Below are positions 12,811-24,718 of a stretch of DNA of 64,000 bases, one piece after another (within the stretch, counting starts at the first letter, position 1; every line of letters starts with the position of its first letter). A program made the position numbers and the translations under genes. Origin of the DNA: Vezdaea acicularis (Eukaryota); the NCBI GenBank assembly GCA_026025075.1, contig JAPEUI010000030.1, forward strand, positions 1-64,000. The letters are read 5' to 3'. Under the pieces are notes generated by a model. That model did not search any database, was not told the origin of the DNA, and saw only the letters and a program-made list of their open reading frames with translations.

Positions 12811-14423
12811 CTATTCTAGGCTCGTGGCGGTAACCCGTACAGGATTAGATGTAGTCCTTCTTGGACTTATCTCATCGGTATCTCCTGATCCTGCCAAGTC
12901 CCGGTCCTCGGCACTGTTGCCTTCTTCATCACTCTGTAATGTATCGGGCTGTGAAAGAATCCGGCGTCGTCGGTCTATCCGTCTTCGCCATGGTTTATAG
13001 AGAGCAACAGAAAGTAACCCGAAAACCACAAAACTGCCGCAAATAGCTCCACCGAGGACATCGTAAGCTTCTCCTACAGCACTAACAGCGTCCCAGAACC
13101 TCCCTTTTGGCGCAGCTACATTCAGTATGAGGGTCAACAGCTGTATTACTCCAATGCAGATAGCCACCACTATAGTTACAAGTGTCAGAACGATACTATA
13201 ATAGAGTATCGCAATCTTGTCTCTCGCTAAAGCTGTGCTCGTATACAGCGCCATCATCAATGCTCCGTCAGTGGTATCGAGCAAACACATCCCCGCGGTG
13301 AAAAGGATTGGAAAGATCAAGATTAGCCAGATGGAGGTGCCACGTGCCGCTTGGAGAGAGGATAGGCCTAAAAGCGCGATCTCAGACGAGGTGTCGAAGC
13401 CTAGGCCGAATAAGACGCCGAGTGGATACATCTTCCATGGCCTATAATTCACAAACCATTCGTCAGCCCGCACGGGAGCGCATTGCAGCTTTATTGAGAC
13501 AGGACGAACCGATCGATCAGCTTAAATGCTTTCTTGAAGCAGCGGAACAAACAGCCTCCGCCTTGAATTTTCCAGCCTTCTTCTTCTCCTTCTCTTGTTC
13601 TTATAAGCATCCGCATCTCCTGCACAAGCTTATATAAGATCCATGCGTTCATCAAGCCAAGTACGATAAGGAACGTTGCTGAGACCGAGGTCCCAATGAT
13701 ACTACCAACACGGCTGTATCGATCAAATCGCTCGGACACGGCCGCCGCGGTAGCGGCAACTACGATGGACGTTATTACAACAATGCTATAGCGCACGATA
13801 TTATCAGAGGAGCTGAGCCTGTAAGAGCAACAGAGGCACTAAAGAGCTTCAAAGATTACCTACGTCGAGTGTCCTAGCGAGAAAAACATGCCTACGGTAA
13901 CTGGCCGTTGATTGGAGGCGACTAGTCGTCGTGTCATAAGGTCAATCGCCTTAGCCAAAGGTCAGAAATGGTGAGCCAGTTGCAAGCTAGTTTAGGTCAG
14001 TGCTGTCCGAAGGGCTAGTAACGCACTGAGATATGGTCTGCATCCAGGGCATGACGCAAACCAAGCGTATAAGACAGCACGGCTGTTGATATCAAAGGGC
14101 TAACACATGAATGAGTCAAAATCGATCTTTCAGACTCTTCAGGTCAGCATCTTAAGCATACGAATGGAAATGCTTCAAAGCTATTAGTGACAGTCTCCTT
14201 AGTGATAAATGTGACGGACTAGAACCACCCCAACAGCTACCCAAACACCAATATTGATACATGCAATGATTATTATGATCCCAACCACTCGGTGTGGTAG
14301 TCTCCTAATCACAGGCATGCGTTGGTGGGCACTTAAAGCCTTACCCTTCAGAATTTGCTTGAAGGTAAGCCCAGATACCTCGACTGTTGGGCTGCGCTCA
14401 GGAAGACATAGTTGTAAGGCCAT
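12811..14423 (-). CDS. High-affinity nickel/cobalt permease (NiCoT family, Nic1/NixA-like)
   Basis: 6 exons including an 11-nt micro-exon 14162-14172; signature LGLRHALDADHISAID, FFSLGHST, LFGLGFDTSSE, GMCLLDTTDG. Confidence 0.93.
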
Positions 14424-14845
14424 GACTTCGAACTGTCCTATCAAGAGACTTTTGGTGGTTTATGGGATTCTTTAAATACAGAGCTATTAGAGCTGAGCAA
14501 TTGACTCTGTAGGAGCACACTAAACCCGCCTGCGAGAGAGAAGCCATCATGGTACGCTAATCGGCCTCTTATCACTACTCAAGTTACCGAAGCTTCCGAT
14601 ATTATCGCGAAACATCGACGTATACTGGGCAAATAATGGCACTCTGAAACAAATCATTGTTCAATTCTTTAATCAGGGTCATTCCGTGAGCAACATGATT
14701 TTTGAACTGTTATGTGTGTAGTATTTGCCTATATTTCCTCACACGTGTTACGCATGAAGCTGTTTCTCTCTCGCTTCGTTCGACAAGCGTCTTGACACAA
14801 GATGGCTTCAGTAAGGCCATAATCTAGGTTTCGGGGGCAGCAGGC

Positions 14846-15196
14846 ATGTCTCTCTGGCAGTAGGCTTCACAAACATTTCGTGCTGACAGTATTGAATGGA
14901 CTAACGTCGGCCGTCTCCAAATAGGAAATTCACTGGATTGGCGCCTCGCACGCGTCTGCTGTACGGCTTCCTAGCATCTTGGAACCGCGCTAGCATTCTT
15001 ACTGACGAGCCTCTTCAGCATTGGTGCAGGTCTCATGGCCTATGGTTACTTTGGCGTCATTGCGTCTGACAAGGCAGAAGAGATATTTGGGCTCACACCT
15101 ACGGAGGAGGATCGAGAACGGTTGAGAGAGGTGATACCAAAAATTGATTTCGTAGAGAAGGGAGCGGCTCTGGAATCCAAGAAGAAGGAACAGTAG
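14846..15196 (+). CDS. 75-aa single-TM microprotein (not in ORF track)
   Basis: Exons 14846-14859, 14925-14960, 15019-15196 with GT..CTAAC..TAG and GT..CTGAC..CAG introns; 228 nt in frame giving MSLWQKFTGLAPRTRLLIGAGLMAYGYFGVIASDKAEEIFGLTPTEEDRERLREVIPKIDFVEKGAALESKKKEQ. Confidence 0.8.
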
Positions 15197-15877
15197 AAGT
15201 TCTTGCAGGTCTCACCCTTTGCATCTCAAGGTGAATTTTTAGAGATTGTAAGGCTTCTGTTGACGACAAGATTTGGACTGCTGAGTGCTCTCCACTGGCC
15301 ACGCTTACCACCCGTCCATAAAACCTCGCACTTACACCATGAATCCTTTACTTGGACACATCAGCCTGTGTGGTGCTTCTGGTATTTATAAAGCGACTTC
15401 CATCCATTTTTACATTGAAGCAAAAGGTGCTGGGCCCCGCGTAGCACTGTTTGACACATCAAGTGGCACAAACCTTTCCTTCTTTCCCTTTCTCCTCAAC
15501 CCCACGAAATAACAAACACACACACAATTTCTGAGACATCAGGATTTTTCTCTCTCCCCAACTCATCCATTCGCCCAATCCGTCGGACTGTCCCTTTCAT
15601 TTGTCTTGCTCAATTACGCAAGACATCGATTTCTCCTCTGTTAAGCCCTAAAGCTCGCTTCACATCTAGCCAATACAAATCTCCAAGAACGGTCTTACTT
15701 TTTCTCACCACCGCTCGAGTCAAAGTTCAACCGCAACTTTGAGATCTAATTTTCCTACGCTCAGATTCCACCGTTCTTTGACCTTCCTTCGCGTAGCTAC
15801 TCAGCTAGGCAGATTCCTTCCAAAAAAGCCCATTATACCTCTCTCAGTCACATACATAATTTCCTGTCAACTTCAAG

Positions 15878-17564
15878 ATGGGCCCTCATTCCTCGAGGGC
15901 TAGTCTTGCTAACCATGTAGTCTCATCTTTACGTGAGCTAGAAGAGATTCACCATCGATTCGAGCAATTTACCAACGACCTAAAGTCTAAAAGGCTTGCG
16001 GAAGACGAGATCTTGAATACGCATGCCCAGAACATCAGCGCTTCAGTAGAGGTAAAAAAATTAAACAAACCAAATCTCAATTCTGGTAAGCTGATAAGCT
16101 GATAATGGTTATTAGAGCATTCGAGCTCTTCTAGCTAGGCATAACTCAAGCCAAGAAGAACCTTTGTCCACTAAAAACCCTCATGTAAACGAAAGCAACA
16201 AGGGCCCTTGCAGAGTTCATCTCTTGGAAGAAGCAACGGTTCTTAGTTCTCAACCTGGTCCGTCATCATCTATAGGTACCGAACCTAAATCGATATCGAG
16301 TGTGCACAGTCCTGCGATCCAAGGAGACACTACTTCCACTTCCAGAGGTAGAAACAAACAATACACGAGGGACGGACCTGCAAGTGCTACGAGACTCAAA
16401 AAAGTGTTCGATCGCTCTCCAGAACAGACACCTGTGAAGGATCGATCTGGCAATCTCACCTGGGAGGATGAGAATGGAAACCTTGCCCCTCTTGTTTGCA
16501 AAAAGTGTGAAAAAAGTGGCTTCAAGAGTGTTGAGAGTTTCATGAACCATTACGAAGATGGCCATCTCGTTACTCTTGACTCGAGAAAAGAAGCCATTCA
16601 TGAAGGTACTCGATCAATGCCGTCGAAGAAAGCCAGCGCTCGGTATCGATCAATTCATACGGCGCGCAAGCGCAAAGCTTCTCTCATGGTAAAGCACGAA
16701 GAGGGTACGTTTGATCAAGATCCAGAAGATGAGCATCTCAATCACAGTCAAAATAGCAGTCAGGCGAACGGGAAGCGTAAAGTTAGGCGCATATCTTCCA
16801 ACACTCCCCGTTTTGCTATCACACAATCCAGCAAGGCGAAATCATATTCCTCCCAAGAAAAAAGTGCGAAGGCGCTCCTAGACAGCACTCAGTCGATCAA
16901 CAGCCTTTCTCTAACAGGCAAGGAATCGGTTCATTCCACGGAAACGGCTCTTATGGCCAGAAACCCCAAGTCTCGACTTTTCATACCGAGCAACTCTGAA
17001 AGTGGTTCGAGTGAGCTTAGTAGCTATCTAGTCGACGATCGTTCTGCAGGAAGGCGTAATCACGAGATGATGGTGGAAGTGCCTACCTCAGTCAGCAATC
17101 CTAAGACTTTCCTCACCCCCAAACTACCAGTGCCATCGGAAGGCAAGATACGCAAGCCAATAGCTTGCCCCAACTGCAAGGGGGGTGAATACATGAAGTT
17201 CAACAGTCTTGTCGAACATCTTGTTCTTAAGCATGATCCTCAATCAAGGGGCCGCGCCTGGTGCAAGTCTTTAGCGAAGACCTACTGGGACTCTTTCTGT
17301 GGTAGAAAGAAGATTGCCGTCGGACAATTCATACTAGACAAGCATGACTCATCTGACACCGAGGAAGAGATTAGTGCCGCAAAGGCTACAAATAAGAATG
17401 TACAACTGGCTGACCCTAACAGTGGTATTCAATTACTACGACGCAAGCTTGAGGAGGCCAGACCTACTGAGTCACCCTCTGGGCTGTTTTGTGCAGATCA
17501 GAGAAACAATAAACAGATGAACCAGGATCCCGATAAGAATATTGCTGAAGAAACGCGGAGCTAA
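15878..17564 (+). CDS. Hypothetical 540-aa low-complexity protein with two atypical C2H2-like zinc fingers
   Basis: Intron 16052-16115 joins the 15878 and 16164 ORFs in frame; motifs LVCKKCEKSGFKSVESFMNHYEDGH and CPNCKGGEYMKFNSLVEHLVLKH; basic NLS-like RKRK and KRKVRR. Confidence 0.7.
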
Positions 17565-18035
17565 CGTTGGTTCGTCCGAGTCCACTCTGCGTTTAGGCAG
17601 ACTGTTGTTTATGACAATGATTAAGGCATGGCTGATATTCTCATCTTACCTGGAGTACAAATTGATTGTCAAAATCGGGAAAGTTGAAAAGATCCATCAT
17701 TACTTCTTTCTTTAAGATAGACAGAAGCTTTATGCAAGGCAAGGTTTTCCTGATTAGGCAAATAATGAGTGTAGGACGCTTAATCTTTCAGCGCTAGGAT
17801 CAGCGAATCTTCATGTGTTGCTTTCTATTCTCTGCACTTTTCGCCTCGCGATTGCCCCCCAAAAGCCTGAGTAAATTAGATCGGCCTCAGGAAGGTCCTT
17901 CAGAGTACTCTCTAGTTTACCTTCACGGTGAGCAACTGGTACCAAGTCTTTACAGAAGCCCTCTTAGTGCCATTTCTCCGGATGGGGTCCGACACGGGTA
18001 ATCTGACTGGGCCAGCCCTGGAGATAGGAGTTGAG

Positions 18036-18099
18036 CAGTCATTCAGTCATTCAGTTATATAGTTATACAGTCACATAATTATACAATCATACAATTATG
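18036..18099. repeat. 8-bp degenerate tandem repeat, 8 copies
   Basis: cagtcatt cagtcatt cagttata tagttata cagtcaca taattata caatcata caattatg. Confidence 0.75.
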
Positions 18100-18955
18100 T
18101 ACGCCTCCTACCAATCCTCGTGCGTATGTAGGGTATGTAAAAGTTCGACTGGCGTGCATAGCAATTATTAAGCCTTTATGCTATGTCAATTCCACATCAA
18201 TCTAATGTGAACTTGCGTTCAGCAAGCAGACTAGGCCTTGTCTCTAGTAGGCTGAGCCTATGCTAGCGCGTCACCACGTGCTACACTACGGATGAGATCG
18301 TGGGGAAACGCTGGAACATAGATCCCTAGCATATATGGCCACCTAATGATTACTAGGTTCATCACTACCGTTGGCACCCATGACTTTTAACCTTGCTTGA
18401 CCCTTGAGCCCATCCCGCATCGAGCCTAGTCCTTTTCCTTCTCGGACACGCCACATCTCTCACATTGAACATGAGGGGTAACCCGGAGTCGGCCGTCGGG
18501 TGCACATCTCTGCAATACCATGCTGCAAATCAGATCGCTTCCCATATGTATTGAAATAAAACGGTTCAACCCAATCAGCACTATCACTCGGAAGTGAATG
18601 CCGAGTAGAGAATGGACGCGTGACCTGCAAAGCCTAGAACAGGCTAGTGGCGCCATCCCCACACTTTTCCCGTCATTCCGCTTTCTCCGTACCGAGGATG
18701 CTTTTACACATGTCTTCCCTCCCTGCGTACCAGGGACGAGCTTTCAAACTAGTCGACCACGTAATTGCCACGAGCCTTCGAACCCGTAGCTAACATCTCC
18801 TACACAGTCGCGACCCCTTGTTTTCCAAGACTCGCATCCACCATAGACAGGCGCATGGTGTATCTCTTTTCTAAGCTTGCTCTCTACACTTTCGTGTGTC
18901 TTCAAAGCCTTCACCATACCGCGATCCTCTTCATTCCTCGGCGCGTCCATGTATC

Positions 18956-20908
18956 ATGACAGGCACGGCTTTGGCGCGGATAGCGCCAGTGCAGCCTCCC
19001 CTGAGGTTGGCCTTGTACCGACGCGTAGCCCCGTCTACCATGCGGCGCTTTCTCTGTCGACGATGCTACAGTTCACTAAGGTGGCGAGCCAGGCCACGGA
19101 TAGGAAGTTCGAAGGCGCTGAGGAGCTTCGCACGGAGTGATACCCTGTCTTTGACTGCTTCATCCGATCTACTTCCTAAGACGAAGGTACGATGGAGCAG
19201 TAATGTCAGGCGCCTTGCTACCGTTAGGAATGGTATGACATAATAGGAGCCTCAGTAGCCGTGCTTACCCACGTAGCGGTATTGAAGCGCGATTAGTCGC
19301 AAGTCAATCTTACTAATTTTCACCACAGTCAATCCTAGCGATATAGGACCCATCAACGAGTACGACTCTCGAGTGGAGTCGGGTCGTCTGAAGAATGACG
19401 AACATCAAAGAGGTACGTAGTTTTGCGCGATACAGATTGGTGTTCTGACTCTACTCTCAAGGCATAGTAGAAAGCCTGCAGCACCTCCACGAAGATCTCC
19501 AGCACTACAAAGCCCCTGAGGTTGTCCACCCCGAAATCGAATCTCTCAAACCTCCGAATCAATCGTTCCTCAGCGCGCTATTCCACCGTAAGCAAGGAAG
19601 AATCTCGACTAAGATCCCGGCGAATCTCCCCAAGGGTCTGTATCTATATGGTGATGTTGGGAGCGGTAAGACTATGTTGATGGATATGTTTTACGACACT
19701 CTTCCCAACAATATAACCTCGAAGACTCGAATACATTTTCACAATTTCATGCAAGATGTGCACAAACGCCTTCATGCTATGAAAATGGAGCATGGAAATG
19801 ACTTTGACGCGATACCTTTCGTAGCCGCAGATATAGCCGAGAAGGGCAGTGTCCTTTGTTTCGACGAGTTTCAATGCACAGACGTTGCAGATGCCATGAT
19901 ATTGCGAAGGTGAGCAATACCCGCTACCGGGACAATGCTAGTTGTAGAGTTGCTGACTCGAACAGGCTCTTGGAAGCGTTGATGTCTCATGGAATAGTAC
20001 TCGTGACGACTTCAAACCGCCATCCTGACGAGCTTTACAAGAACGGCATTCAGAGGGAATCTTTCATTCCCTGCATACATCTTCTTAAGACTCGTCTACA
20101 GGTCATCAACCTCGATTCACCCACTGACTATAGAAAGATTCCTCGGCCACCTTCAGGTGTATATCACCACCCGCTCGACAGGGCTGCAAACGCACACGCC
20201 GAGAAATGGTTCAAGTTTCTTGGCGACTTCGCGCATGATCCCCCCCATCGAGCAGTCCACCATATCTGGGGCCGTGATGTTGAGGTCCCACGAGCAAGTG
20301 GTACTGTTGCATGGTTCACGTTTGATGAATTGATCAGGAGGCCAACTGGAGCGGCTGATTATCTAGAACTCGTGCGCGCTTATGATGCTTTTATCGTGAC
20401 AGAGATACCCGGGATGACTTTTCGCGAGCGAGATCTGGCTCGAAGGTTCATCACATTCATAGATGCTGTCTATGAAGGTCGAGTAAGTATTGTTGTAAAA
20501 TGAGTACGTGGGCGCGCAACGCTAAAAGTGAAATAGGCAAAACTTGTACTTACTACAGCTGTACCGCTAACGCAACTCTTCCTCTCCCGCAACGAGATGC
20601 ATGATGCACTAGAAACTAGTAGTTCATCGAAAGAGGATACAATACCACATGATGAAGGGCAGGATGTAGATGACGTTATGCGTCATCTCATGGACGACCT
20701 TGGAATGAATATGAAAATGCTGAAGAATAGCAACATGTTCTCCGGCGATGAGGAAGCTTTTGCTTTTGCGCGAGCATTCAGCCGGTTGAACGAAATGGGC
20801 AGTCAGCAATGGATCGAGAGGGGCATGGGTCTGGAGAAAGACGGCGGGAAGGCAGAGAGAGACAGCTGGCAGAAGGTCCGAAGTCGATGGAGAGAGGACA
20901 GCATGTAA
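18956..20908 (+). CDS. AFG1: Mitochondrial AFG1/LACE1/ZapE-family ATPase
   Basis: Arg-rich presequence; PKGLYLYGDVGSGKTMLMD (Walker A), LCFDEFQCTDVADAMIL (Walker B), TTSNRHPDELYKNGIQR, ARRFITFIDAVYE; 4 introns; start could instead be the ATG near 19040. Confidence 0.93.
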
Positions 20909-21644
20909 GAGTTATGTGCTGGATTCCTCGCGTACTTTACAACTCGACTTGCTTTATAGCTGTGAGCGTGCATACAGTTTATTTGATACCTTTAACATAT
21001 TAGGGAAGCTGGGATCTACAACTGGCATAGGACATAGAACCGACCCAAATAGCAGAGGTCTCTTTCGGATCTACACTGGGGGTAAAATAGCATCATACTA
21101 TAGACATTAGAGAATCTTAGTATGCTTGGATGGCATTGACATGTTGCGGGATTGGTACTGCAGATTCTGTTTGATTGCTGTGTCTGTTTATCTTCTCCCG
21201 TTCATCGAACACGTGAAGGCCGATGTTGTTGCCGACTAATACAATCAGCTTTGCACGATTGCCAAATATGAGATGATTATGTATATTTTCAACATGTGCA
21301 ATTTGATCATGAGGGTTTTTCGCACGCGTGGCACATGGCGAATAAATCATCTTACCTGATCGGGATCTGCGTTGGGCAACGATAGGCGAGTCTACCAACG
21401 ACCCCGCGGTGCCCGCATGTGCCTACGAAGGGTCTGGCCCAGCCCTGAGCTCGATAACCTCTTCCCAGCTCAGTACTCATAGTCGTTTGTTACTTAGTCC
21501 CACCGAGTCTCCGTGTCACTCTCCGGGTAAAACCTAGGACCATCAGGCATTTGCTCTCCGTAGCCTCTAGCCCGGTCCGCCTTGGTGGTTGTCGACAGCA
21601 AATCACTAAGAATGATACAATACTAAGAATCCCGAATTCTGAAT

Positions 21645-24476
21645 ATGTTACCGCCACAGCTGCCTTTTGGGCAGCTGCTAAGCCAACAACAGTCCTTTTC
21701 GACCTTACGGGTTTTACCGACTGTGCCGATCTCCACTGGCTCTGCTATCTGCATTGCCAACAGCTTTCCTTCTATATGCCTTTCCCAAAGCACATCGACC
21801 CGTCAACGTAGAAACTTTTGGTGGGGCCGTCATCGAGTACCTTGGTACTCTTACATGAGTCCTTGCAAGTATAATTACCTTGAGACTCGTAACAAGATCG
21901 TCAAGCTTCGCCACCTCGAATCACTTCGAAGAAGAAGCATTCGGGACTGTGACAACGCCGAAGAAGGTGTCAAAAACTGGAAGCTTTCGAGCTCCTGGCC
22001 AAAGTGGGATGACGGTACAAAAACAAACACGGATCCTTTACCTTCCTTTGCTGCCTGGTTAAGATACACAGAAAAACGGCTTCCTGCCAGAGACTGGAGA
22101 CCAACGGACACCCAGCCAAGCCTACATTCAGATAAGGTATCACCCACTCATGATCCTTCCACAGGCCCTCAGCCGTTGGAAAAGGCGGGCCGCCACCAAA
22201 ACGAAGCCGTCTTAGATGACTGGTTTCGTGTAAACAAAAGCTTCCTCGACAAGTGGATTGCGGGTTGGGGCAAAACGAATCGGAATAATGTTGAAATGTT
22301 CACTAGTCAACGGGAGGAGCTGAAGCGGCTCCTGAAGAACGAAGGTATCGATACAGGCAAGTGGGAAGATTTGATTAAGAAAGTATTTAGGCGCAAGATA
22401 CTGGAGATGAACCAGCAGAGGGTCAGTCATGACCGTACTTCGTTTGGAGGCATCGTATCGCATTACTGGAAGATGAGCACGTCCGATCCGGCATCTACGA
22501 ATGAGAATGGGAATCAGCCTACTGGCGTAAAGCCTGATATCAAGAACCCAAGTAGCCCCACTCGAAGCCCAGACGGAGAATCAAAGTCAAGTCGAAATGA
22601 TAGCCACCCCATTTCGTTGACCAGCAAGCCGACTCTCGAGAGCAGTCAAGGGTACACGATCGACCCTATTACGATGCGTAAAGTTCCCTGCAAGGCGAAC
22701 GACGCGGAGCCTTCCGGAGCATTAACCCAGATTTCTCCCATGAGTTCAGAAGCTATAACTCCAAAGCAAACAGCGGCATTCAATCCCATACAGGCCGCAG
22801 AGGATGGAAGCATCGATATCCCGATAAAGAAGTCGTCTGAATACACCTCTCTTCAACAAGACTCCACCACAAAGTCTGCAGGGGACCAGTCGGCGTGGCT
22901 GACCCCGGGAGGGTCTCCGCCCTCTGCGAGCGAGCCCCCTTCTACGTCATCGATCCATGCCAGTGATTCCACGAAGTCCCATCGCCAAGAGAGCTTAGAC
23001 CAAGCTGCTCCTCCACCACTCTTTAAAACTTCTCTCGTTCGTGGGAAAACGATACCAAGCGGGATCCCGTACGCCTCATATGGAACAGTAGACCAGACAG
23101 AAGACCTTGATCTACTCCGCTCGAGTGATGTAAGAGCATCTTCCGGGATCCTCAAAGGCGTTAGAAGACAGAGCAATGGTGAGACACTGCAAAGACGGAA
23201 GCAGCTTATCGAGGACTTCAAAGCTGAGCCAGACGCAGAACATTCGGAAGATCTAGCATCAGCGCAAGAGAAAGTAAAGAGTGTTCGGAAGACACATGAT
23301 CCTGTCAAAACGAAAGTCGAGGAGGTCAGTAATCCAGGTCGCATATCTTTTGTTTCACCTCCATCAGAGCAACACATTATGGAGGCAACTACGCAGGACG
23401 CTACTAAACTCGAACCGTATACTGGGGAATGCGATATCTCTGATAACGTATCGGCTTATGTTGAGACAAGTTGCATTGCCTCAGTCCCTGACCCAAAAGG
23501 CCTGAAAAAGCACTCTCAGAACTATCATGACCTCAATCTCGTCCGCGAGATACGTGGCATATATGAGGAAAATTATGGCACTATCGACACTAAGCACCGA
23601 CAGCCTTCGCAGCCACTTTCGGCCTTGAAGGAAGATCCTGAAGCTACTAAGATCGATGTACTTACGAAGGGGGACGCTCGAACATTCACATCTACCCCAA
23701 CGGAGACGAATTTAAACGACAAAGAGAAGTCACAAAATCCGAGGGATCACTCGAAATCATCGCGTACACCATGTTGGGGGGAAGTTCCCAATTCGAATAG
23801 TACCATTCCTGACTCGTTGGCTCCTAAATCAATTGAGTACAAGATACTGGCCTTTGATACTTCGACTCAACAGGTCTCGATGGCTAGCACAATTTCATCT
23901 TTACCGTCTCAAATAGCTTCGGCAGCATCTGAAACGATCATGTCCGCCCCTGAGGTCCTGCTTTCCTTGGCCTCGCCGGCCCGTTTCCTACCCTATATCT
24001 CTCCTCTTCAAGCAGAAGGTTATGAAATCATTCGTGGCAGCGGCGATATCATAGTATTCAAAAAGGTTCGCGATCCGTTAGAGCTAGACAGCAAAGTGGA
24101 GAACACAGACTCTACCCCCTCTCACACTACGATCAATCCTGGCGACGGTACAAGAACTGCATTGCCCACTGAGTCTGCCGATTCAAAGGATGTTCCTCCT
24201 CTGACTTCCGCTGATACCGTGGGTGCAAAGGCAACAAGAGCACACAGCTCATCTGGCGACAAGGTCTCTCGACAAGAAAATGTGTTCTCAGGCGGGAGAA
24301 GATGGGAGGACGAGAAAGCAAGCAATGAAGGTAGTAGGAAAGGTGGGGCAAGGCGAACTGTGAAACGGGTCTTTTGGGGGGCTGCATGGGTTGCTGCATG
24401 TTCTTACGCTATCGGCGTTGTTGCAGAGTTCTTCAAGACCGGCGGAGCCGATGGTCTAGGCCCGCAGGGTTTCTAG
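21645..24476 (+). CDS. Uncharacterised 943-aa Ser/Thr-rich protein, putative mitochondrial presequence and C-terminal TM
   Basis: Single long ORF; acid-free N-terminus ending RQRRNFWWG; ordered motif islands (IDPITMRKV, EDLDLLRSSDVRA, IRGIYEENYGTID, YKILAFD, GYEIIRGSGDIIVFKKVR); C-terminal hydrophobic VFWGAAWVAACSYAIGVVAEFF. Confidence 0.8.
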   Translation: MLPPQLPFGQLLSQQQSFSTLRVLPTVPISTGSAICIANSFPSICLSQSTSTRQRRNFWWGRHRVPWYSYMSPCKYNYLETRNKIVKLRHLESLRRRSIRDCDNAEEGVKNWKLSSSWPKWDDGTKTNTDPLPSFAAWLRYTEKRLPARDWRPTDTQPSLHSDKVSPTHDPSTGPQPLEKAGRHQNEAVLDDWFRVNKSFLDKWIAGWGKTNRNNVEMFTSQREELKRLLKNEGIDTGKWEDLIKKVFRRKILEMNQQRVSHDRTSFGGIVSHYWKMSTSDPASTNENGNQPTGVKPDIKNPSSPTRSPDGESKSSRNDSHPISLTSKPTLESSQGYTIDPITMRKVPCKANDAEPSGALTQISPMSSEAITPKQTAAFNPIQAAEDGSIDIPIKKSSEYTSLQQDSTTKSAGDQSAWLTPGGSPPSASEPPSTSSIHASDSTKSHRQESLDQAAPPPLFKTSLVRGKTIPSGIPYASYGTVDQTEDLDLLRSSDVRASSGILKGVRRQSNGETLQRRKQLIEDFKAEPDAEHSEDLASAQEKVKSVRKTHDPVKTKVEEVSNPGRISFVSPPSEQHIMEATTQDATKLEPYTGECDISDNVSAYVETSCIASVPDPKGLKKHSQNYHDLNLVREIRGIYEENYGTIDTKHRQPSQPLSALKEDPEATKIDVLTKGDARTFTSTPTETNLNDKEKSQNPRDHSKSSRTPCWGEVPNSNSTIPDSLAPKSIEYKILAFDTSTQQVSMASTISSLPSQIASAASETIMSAPEVLLSLASPARFLPYISPLQAEGYEIIRGSGDIIVFKKVRDPLELDSKVENTDSTPSHTTINPGDGTRTALPTESADSKDVPPLTSADTVGAKATRAHSSSGDKVSRQENVFSGGRRWEDEKASNEGSRKGGARRTVKRVFWGAAWVAACSYAIGVVAEFFKTGGADGLGPQGF

Positions 24477-24718
24477 GCGGAACGGATAATGCTGCAAGAA
24501 CAACAGTGACGGATGGAGCAATGGATGCACGGAAAGGATTGAATATTGGCGTCATTTTTGGGATAATGGGCTTACTCCACTTTGGATGATAGATTTTGGA
24601 TATCCTCTCCTGATATGCGAACGTTCTACCTCCAAGAACTTTGTGACACTGGTCGATCGACCTCAATCCCTTTTGATTCTATATATACATTAAAGACGAT
24701 CCCAATTGTCTTCTATTG

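Noticed and set aside
18426..18662. 78-aa minus-strand ORF with CxxC near its end, and other short intergenic ORFs (5839-6219, 21117-21398, 59447-59698)
   Set aside because: No recognisable family and no consistent exon chain could be built
19234..19328. Possible 2-nt micro-exon inside AFG1 intron 1 (..cgtag CG gtattg..)
   Set aside because: Inclusion breaks the frame; a single 95-nt intron works
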